Of a DNA stretch of 32,000 bases, positions 26,107-32,000 are shown one piece after another (the stretch's first letter is position 1; each line of letters begins with the position of its first letter). This DNA is from Paracoccus suum (GTDB taxonomy: Bacteria; Pseudomonadota; Alphaproteobacteria; Rhodobacterales; Rhodobacteraceae): contig NZ_CP030918.1 of NCBI RefSeq assembly GCF_003324675.1, forward strand, positions 1,980,001 to 2,012,000. The letters run 5' to 3'. The position numbers were made by a program, and so were the translations under genes. The notes beneath the pieces were generated by a model. It ran no database searches, was not told the origin of the DNA, and saw only the letters and a list, made by a program, of their open reading frames with translations.

Positions 26107-27857
26107 GCGGCCCGAAGGACCCGATGCCGGACGCAACCGACGTTCGCCCGGTGATCCCGGCGCCCGGCGAGGCCGCTGCGGTCCCGGCCACCCCGACCGA
26201 TGAGCCGCCCCCGGGTCAGATCCTGCCGGAAGTGCCGCCCATTCCCGCGCCCGCAACGCCGGCCGGCGAGGCGGTGCTGGAGGTGCGCGATCTGACCGTC
26301 GCCTTTCGCAGCGAGGGGCGGCTGTCGGCCGCCGTGCGCGGCGTCAGCTTTACCGTGAACCGTGGCGAGACGGTCGCCTTGGTGGGCGAGAGCGGTTCGG
26401 GCAAGTCGGTGACCGCGCTTTCGACCGTGCGCCTGCTGGGCGATGCGGCCGAGACGGGCGGCTCGATCCGTTATGAGGGCCGCGAGTTGATCGGCGCGCC
26501 CGACAGCATCCTGCGCGCCATTCGTGGCAACGACATCAGCTTTATCTTTCAAGAGCCGATGACCTCGCTGAACCCGCTGCACACCATCGAAAAGCAGCTC
26601 GGCGAAAGTTTGGCGCTGCATCAAGAACTGCGCGGCGCGGCCGCCCGGGTGCGGATCGTCGAGTTGCTGACCAAGGTCGGCATCCGCGATCCCGAAACGC
26701 GGCTTGCCGATTACCCGCACCAGCTATCGGGCGGCCAGCGGCAGCGGGTGATGATCGCCATGGCGCTGGCGAACGGTCCGGAACTGCTGATCGCGGACGA
26801 GCCGACGACCGCGCTGGACGTCACCATCCAGGCACAGATTCTCGAACTGCTCGCCGACCTCAAGCGGGGCGAGGGGCTGTCGATGCTGTTCATCAGCCAT
26901 GACCTCGGCATCGTGCGCCGCATCGCCGACCGGATCTGCGTCATGCAGGGCGGCCTGATCGTGGAGCAGGGACCAACCGCCGAGATTTTCGCGAACCCCC
27001 GGCACCCCTATACCCGCAAGCTGCTGGCGGCCGAACCCAAGGGCCGACCCGGCCGGGTCACCGAGAACGCCCCGGAGATCGTCGCCACAAAGCATCTGAA
27101 GGTCTGGTTTCCGATCCAGCGCGGCCTGATGCGGCGCGTGGTCGGGCATGTGAAGGCGGTCAACAACGCGACCCTGTCGGTCCGGGCTGGCGAGACGCTG
27201 GGCATCGTCGGCGAGAGCGGGTCGGGCAAGACCACGCTGGCGCTGGCGATCATGCGCCTGATCGCCTCGGAAGGGCCGATCCTCTATCTCGGCCAGGACA
27301 TCAGCGACTGGGGCACGCGCCAACTCCGGCACCTGCGGCGCGACATGCAGATCGTGTTCCAGGACCCGTTCGGCAGCCTCAGCCCGCGCATGACGGTCGA
27401 GCAGATCATCGGCGAGGGTCTGGGCGTTCACGGTGTCGAGCCGGGGCGCAACCGCCGTGAGATGGTGGCCGAGATCATGGCTGAAGTCGGCCTCGACCCC
27501 GAGACCATGGATCGCTACCCGCACGAGTTCTCGGGCGGGCAGCGCCAGCGGATCGCCATCGCCCGGGCCATGATCCTGCGGCCCAAGGTGGTCGTGCTGG
27601 ACGAGCCGACCAGTGCCCTCGACATGACGGTGCAGGTCCAGATCGTCGATCTGCTGCGCGAATTGCAGCGCAAATACGGCCTCGCTTATCTGTTCATCAG
27701 CCACGATCTGCGCGTGGTCCGCGCGATGGCGCACCAGATCCTGGTGATGCGCGCCGGCGACGTGATCGAAGCCGGTCCGGCCGAGGCGCTGTTTGCAAAT
27801 CCGGCGACCGATTACACCCGCGCGCTGATGGCCGCCGCCTTCGCCGACCGGGCCTGA
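26103..27857 (+). CDS. yejF: ABC peptide-uptake ATPase YejF (two fused ATP-binding cassettes)
   Basis: 584 aa. There are two Walker A motifs ([16 protein letters not shown]) and two signatures ([30 protein letters not shown]). The ATGA overlap with the yejE stop supports the 26103 start. That start adds a ~55-aa Pro-rich N-terminal extension. Confidence 0.9.
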   Translation: MSGPKDPMPDATDVRPVIPAPGEAAAVPATPTDEPPPGQILPEVPPIPAPATPAGEAVLEVRDLTVAFRSEGRLSAAVRGVSFTVNRGETVALVGESGSGKSVTALSTVRLLGDAAETGGSIRYEGRELIGAPDSILRAIRGNDISFIFQEPMTSLNPLHTIEKQLGESLALHQELRGAAARVRIVELLTKVGIRDPETRLADYPHQLSGGQRQRVMIAMALANGPELLIADEPTTALDVTIQAQILELLADLKRGEGLSMLFISHDLGIVRRIADRICVMQGGLIVEQGPTAEIFANPRHPYTRKLLAAEPKGRPGRVTENAPEIVATKHLKVWFPIQRGLMRRVVGHVKAVNNATLSVRAGETLGIVGESGSGKTTLALAIMRLIASEGPILYLGQDISDWGTRQLRHLRRDMQIVFQDPFGSLSPRMTVEQIIGEGLGVHGVEPGRNRREMVAEIMAEVGLDPETMDRYPHEFSGGQRQRIAIARAMILRPKVVVLDEPTSALDMTVQVQIVDLLRELQRKYGLAYLFISHDLRVVRAMAHQILVMRAGDVIEAGPAEALFANPATDYTRALMAAAFADRA

Positions 27858-27873
27858 CAGATCGAGGGCGCGC

Positions 27874-29094
27874 ATGAAGATCCTGTTCGTCCACCAGAAC
27901 TTTCCCGGCCAGTTTCCCTACCTCGCGCCCGCACTGTCGGCCCGCGGGCACGAGGTTGCCGCCCTGACGGACGAGCATAACCAGCGCCCCTCGCCAGTGC
28001 AGGTGTTCCGCTACAAGGCGCCGCCGGCCGAGGTCACGGTCTCGGCCCCGCCGGGCAAGGTTTATGCCGAATATGCCGCGCGAGGATTGCAGGCGGCGCG
28101 CGCGGCGCGGGTTCTGCGTGACCGCCACGGCTATGTGCCAGACCTGATCATAGGCCATTCCGGCTGGGGCGAGACGCTGTTTCTGCAGGAAATCTGGCCC
28201 AACGCGCGCCTCGCGATCTATGCCGAGCTCCTCTACCGCACGCGGGGCCATGACGTCGGCTTTGACCCCGAGGTGACGCCCCGGACCGAGGATGCGCGGC
28301 TCGGCGCGGTGGCGCGCTCGGCGCATCTGATTCAGGCCATGGTGCAGGCCGACGCAGCGCTGTCCCCGACGCAATACCAGGCGGGCAGCTTTCCGCCCGA
28401 GTTGCGCGGCAAGATCACCGTCATTCATGACGGCATCGACACCGACCGCATCCGGCCCGATCCCGCGTCCCGGTTGACGCTGGCGGACGGCACCACGCTG
28501 CGCGCCGGCGACGAGGTGCTGACCTATGTCGGCCGCTCGCTCGAGCCCTATCGCGGCTTTCACATCCTGATGCGTGCGCTACCGGAGGTGATGGACGCCC
28601 GGCCCAATGCGCAAGTCGTTCTGGTCGGTGCCGAAGGCGTCAGCTACGGCGCGGCCCCGCGCGAGGGCGGCAGCTGGAAGTCGCGTCTTCTGGCTGAGGT
28701 CGGCGATCGGCTGGATATGAGCCGCGTCCATTTCACGGGCCGCGTGCCCTATGACGACTACCTCAAGCTGCTTCAGGTCAGCCGTGCGCATGCCTATCTG
28801 ACTTATCCCTTCGTCCTCAGTTGGTCGATGACCGAGGCGATGGCCGCCGGCTGTCAGGTTATCGCCAGCGACACCGAGCCGGTTCGAGAACTGATTTCCG
28901 ACGGCGTCAACGGCCGGCTGGTGCCGTTCTTTGACGTGCCAGCATGGTCGGCAGCACTAATCCGCGCCCTTGGCCCAGACCCGGAGGCCGGGCGTCTGGG
29001 CGCGGCCGCGCGCGAGACGGTCGTGTCGGACTATGACCTGCGCCGGGTGTGCCTGCCGCGGCTGATCGACTGGGTCGAAGGGCAAGCCCGTTAA
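27874..29094 (+). CDS. GT-B fold glycosyltransferase (family 4 / group 1-like)
   Basis: 406 aa. The N-terminus MKILFVHQNFPGQFPYLAPALSARGHEV is present. The C-terminal half has LTYPFVLSWSMTEAMAAGCQVIASDTEPVRELISDGVNGRLVPF, an E-x7-E-like region typical of GT4 enzymes. The gene starts 17 nt after the yejF stop. Confidence 0.8.
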   Translation: MKILFVHQNFPGQFPYLAPALSARGHEVAALTDEHNQRPSPVQVFRYKAPPAEVTVSAPPGKVYAEYAARGLQAARAARVLRDRHGYVPDLIIGHSGWGETLFLQEIWPNARLAIYAELLYRTRGHDVGFDPEVTPRTEDARLGAVARSAHLIQAMVQADAALSPTQYQAGSFPPELRGKITVIHDGIDTDRIRPDPASRLTLADGTTLRAGDEVLTYVGRSLEPYRGFHILMRALPEVMDARPNAQVVLVGAEGVSYGAAPREGGSWKSRLLAEVGDRLDMSRVHFTGRVPYDDYLKLLQVSRAHAYLTYPFVLSWSMTEAMAAGCQVIASDTEPVRELISDGVNGRLVPFFDVPAWSAALIRALGPDPEAGRLGAAARETVVSDYDLRRVCLPRLIDWVEGQAR

Positions 29095-29105
29095 GGGCAC
29101 ACGCC

Positions 29106-30467
29106 TTACTTCTCGCCCGGCGTTCCGTCGAAGTTCTTCTGAAGGCTGCGCCAGCAATCGACGTAATCGTCCTGCATCGGCATGGTGCGGGCCGCCCATT
29201 CGGTCAAATGCTGAGGAAAGCGGGTCTCGAACATGAACTGCATCGTCTTGGTTTGTCGGACCGGGACCATCGGCTCGGTCGAGCCATGCTCGAACGCGGC
29301 GCGGTCGGGGCCGTGCGGCAGCATCATGTTGTGCAGGCTCATCCCGCCGGGGACGAACCCCTTGGGCTTTGCGTCATAAACCCCGTGAATGTTGCCCATC
29401 ATCTCGGACATGATGTTCTTATGATACCACGGCGGGCGAAAGCTGTGCTCGGCCACCATCCAGCGGTCGCGGAACAGTACGAAGTCGATGTTCGCCGTGC
29501 CTTCCTGGCCCGACGGGGCGGTCAGGACAGTAAAGATCGAGGGGTCGGGGTGGTCGAACAGCACCGCACCGACCGGCGAATAGGTCCGCAGATCGTATTT
29601 GTAGGGGCAGTAGTTGCCGTGCCAGGCGACGATGTCGAGCGGGCTGTGATCAATCCGCGTCTCGTGGAACTGGCCGCACCATTTGATGATGACGCGCGAG
29701 GGCGCCTCGCGGTCCTCGAAGGCCGCAACCGGGCATTTGAAGTCGCGCGGGTTGGCAAGGCAGTTCGCGCCGATCGGGCCGCGGCCGGGCAGGTCGAACT
29801 TCTGCCCGTAATTCTCGCAGACAAAGCCGCGGGCCGGGCCGTCCAGCACCTCTACCCGGTAGACCAGCCCGCGCGGCAGGATGGCGATTTCCTGTGGGGC
29901 AACCTCGATCACGCCAAGCTCTGTAGCGAAGCGCAGTCGCCCTTCCTGCGGGACGACCAGCATCTCGCTGTCGGCGCTGTAAAAATATTCATCCTCCATC
30001 GAGGCGGTGACCAGGTAGACATGGGCCGCCATGCCCAACTGGATGTTCACATCGCCCGCGGTGGTGACCGTGCGCATGCCGGTCACCCAAGTCAGCGCCT
30101 CGTCCGAATGGGGCACCGGGTCCCAGCGGTATTGGCCAAGGCTGGTCACATCCGGCAGGATATGCGGGGCGCTGCGCCAGTACGGCATCTCGATCCGCGT
30201 GAAGCGGCCGACATGCTTGACCGAGGGGCGGATGCGATAGCACCAGGTCCGCTCGTTCTGGCCGCGCGGCGCGGTAAAGGCGGTGCCGGACAGCTGCTCG
30301 GCATAAAGTCCGTGGCTGACCTTTTGCGGGCTGTTCTGGCCCTGCGGCAGGGCGCCGGGCAGAGCCTCGGTCTCGAAATCATTGCCAAAGCCGGGCATGT
30401 AGCCAGTGCCGTCGATGCTGGGCGCCTGCGTCAGACGCAGAGGGGCGGCCGTGGTGTCGAGCGACAT
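29106..30467 (-). CDS. hmgA: homogentisate 1,2-dioxygenase
   Basis: 453 aa from [59 protein letters not shown]...[12 protein letters not shown]...HGPD is canonical HmgA. GGGAAGGA lies upstream of ATG (complement of 30465-30467). The track ORF extends to 30557. Confidence 0.92.
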   Translation of the reverse strand: MSLDTTAAPLRLTQAPSIDGTGYMPGFGNDFETEALPGALPQGQNSPQKVSHGLYAEQLSGTAFTAPRGQNERTWCYRIRPSVKHVGRFTRIEMPYWRSAPHILPDVTSLGQYRWDPVPHSDEALTWVTGMRTVTTAGDVNIQLGMAAHVYLVTASMEDEYFYSADSEMLVVPQEGRLRFATELGVIEVAPQEIAILPRGLVYRVEVLDGPARGFVCENYGQKFDLPGRGPIGANCLANPRDFKCPVAAFEDREAPSRVIIKWCGQFHETRIDHSPLDIVAWHGNYCPYKYDLRTYSPVGAVLFDHPDPSIFTVLTAPSGQEGTANIDFVLFRDRWMVAEHSFRPPWYHKNIMSEMMGNIHGVYDAKPKGFVPGGMSLHNMMLPHGPDRAAFEHGSTEPMVPVRQTKTMQFMFETRFPQHLTEWAARTMPMQDDYVDCWRSLQKNFDGTPGEK

Positions 30468-30501
30468 GGTATCCTTCCCGCCGGATGATGCGGAAAGGAT
30501 A

Positions 30502-30515
30502 GTTTCAAATGAAAC
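30502..30515. promoter_or_regulatory. palindrome GTTTCA-AA-TGAAAC upstream of hmgA
   Basis: Perfect 6-bp arms lie 35-48 nt upstream of the hmgA start. The element sits in the 64-nt gap after the permease gene. Confidence 0.3.
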
Positions 30516-30531
30516 CAGGTCAAGCTGAGCT

Positions 30532-31545
30532 TCAGCGGCCCCGGATGCGCGGGTCAAGCGCGTCGCGTAGCCCGTCGCCGACGTAGTTCACGCAGAGCAC
30601 CGTCAGCGAGATGAAGATGCCGGGCAGGATCACGCGCCACGGATACATCTGCATCTGGTCGACTGCGTCGTAGAGAAGGCGTCCCCAGGTCGGGAAGTCG
30701 GGGGGAAAGCCTAGGCCGAGGAACGACAGCACGCTCTCGGTGATGATTGCCGAGGCGATGCCGAGGGCGCCCGCGACCATGATCGGCGACATGACGTTGG
30801 GCAGCACATGGCGGCTGATGATCCGTGCGTTGGGCGTACCGATGGAGCGCGCGGCCAGCACGAACTCGCGCTCCTTCACGCCCAGCACCTCGCCACGCAC
30901 GATGCGGGCGGCCTGCATCCAGCTGGTCGCGCCAATGGCCGTCACGATCAGCAGAAAGATCCCGAGCGCCGGACCGAAGTGCTTGGACAGCGGCTCGCGG
31001 AACAGGGTTACCATCAGCAGCAGGAGGGGCAGCAGGGGCAGGGCCAGGAACAACTCGGTCACCCGCATCAGCGGCCCGTCGAGGCGACGGAAAAACCCCG
31101 ACAGAACGCCGATCAGCGCGCCCAGCGTGATTGCAATCAGCATTGCCGTCAGTCCGACTGCCAGCGAGACGCGCCCGCCGACCATCAACCGGGCCAGCAT
31201 GTCGCGCCCCAGTTGGTCGGTTCCCAGCGGATGCGCGGCGCTGAACCCCTTGTTGCGGGCGCGGATGTCCACATGCGTCGCGTCGATGTGCCACAGCGAG
31301 GGGCCGATCAGCACGAACAGCACGATGAGCGTAAAGATCACCAGCGCGATCATCGCCCCCTTGTGGTGGCGAAACTGGTCCCAGACGTCGCGCCACTGGC
31401 TGCGCGGCCGGGCCAGCCTGACAGGCGCATCGGGGGGGAGGATTGCGGCGCCCCCGCCAGCCGAAGCTGCGACCGTCTCGGCCTCGTCCAGGGCATGGGC
31501 GCGGACCTGAGCCGTCGCCTCGTGCATCGTGCGGGGCTCATTCAT
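30532..31545 (-). CDS. Dpp/Opp-type ABC transporter permease (DppC-like)
   Basis: 337 aa. [28 protein letters not shown], an EAA-type loop ([23 protein letters not shown]) and the C-terminal [13 protein letters not shown] are present. Confidence 0.85.
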   Translation of the reverse strand: MNEPRTMHEATAQVRAHALDEAETVAASAGGGAAILPPDAPVRLARPRSQWRDVWDQFRHHKGAMIALVIFTLIVLFVLIGPSLWHIDATHVDIRARNKGFSAAHPLGTDQLGRDMLARLMVGGRVSLAVGLTAMLIAITLGALIGVLSGFFRRLDGPLMRVTELFLALPLLPLLLLMVTLFREPLSKHFGPALGIFLLIVTAIGATSWMQAARIVRGEVLGVKEREFVLAARSIGTPNARIISRHVLPNVMSPIMVAGALGIASAIITESVLSFLGLGFPPDFPTWGRLLYDAVDQMQMYPWRVILPGIFISLTVLCVNYVGDGLRDALDPRIRGR

Positions 31546-32000
31546 AGCGGATCCTCGGGTCGAGGACGCCGTAAAGGAGGTCCGCGATCAGGGTGAAAAA
31601 GACGATCAGGATGGCAAAGATGAAGGTCAGCGTCAGCACCATCGGCAGGTCGTTCGCGTAGATCGAGGTGATGAGAAGCTGGCCGAGGCCATTGATCTTG
31701 AACACCTGCTCGGTGACGATGGCGCCGCCAAAGACTCCGGGCAGGCCCAGCGCGATCACCGTGACCACCGGGATCAGGCTGTTGCGCAGCACATGTTTGA
31801 GGACGACCACCCGCTCGGACATGCCCTTGGCGCGGGCGGTGCGCACGTAATCCTGGCCAAGGTTGTCCAGCATCGAGGCGCGCATGAAGCGGCTGATCTG
31901 GGCGGCGTTATAGAGCGCGAGCACCGTCACCGGCAGCACCATCTGCCGGACCTGGGCCATGAAGCTGCCCCAGTCGCGCACGACCAGCGTGGTGTCGTAG
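31538..32000 (-). CDS. Dpp/Opp-type ABC transporter permease (DppB-like), C-terminal part; gene continues beyond the right edge
   Basis: DYVRTARAKGMSERVVVLKHVLRNSLIPVVTVIAL...[14 protein letters not shown]. The reading frame stays open to position 32000. The M at 31981 in the track is an internal GTG codon. Confidence 0.85.
   Translation of the reverse strand, partial: YDTTLVVRDWGSFMAQVRQMVLPVTVLALYNAAQISRFMRASMLDNLGQDYVRTARAKGMSERVVVLKHVLRNSLIPVVTVIALGLPGVFGGAIVTEQVFKINGLGQLLITSIYANDLPMVLTLTFIFAILIVFFTLIADLLYGVLDPRIRYE

Overview
High-GC (roughly 65-70% by eye) alphaproteobacterial chromosome, most likely Paracoccus or another Rhodobacterales. That placement is an inference from a DUF1476/zeta ATPase-inhibitor gene, a membrane-anchored c552-type cytochrome c and codon style. 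The window is densely packed with housekeeping genes. They are a homocysteine S-methyltransferase fragment, the zeta inhibitor, purC-purS, a large repeat-rich OmpA-family protein, gcdH, a GT8 glycosyltransferase, rnd, a tandem-GNAT acetyltransferase and a Tat-exported MBL hydrolase. Next comes a 4-gene family-1 ABC importer, then pheA, cycM-like cytochrome c and yejABEF, followed by a GT4 glycosyltransferase, hmgA and two Dpp/Opp-type permeases. I saw no rRNA, tRNA, CRISPR array, transposase or integrase. The only clearly accessory-looking stretch is about 14.56-20.22 kb. It has an AT-rich left edge followed by two sulfotransferase-fold genes and a 1083-aa protein. Only the last ~300 aa of that protein are recognisable (GT2-like, DxD); the first ~780 aa match nothing I know. 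This is my best candidate for an undescribed glycan or protein-modification system. Its function is inferred from short motifs only. The second notable item is a 1-nt frameshift in a G6 run that splits yejB. The site also happens to fit a formal -1 slippery heptamer. All family calls come from reading the translations and recalling family motifs. No searches were run.
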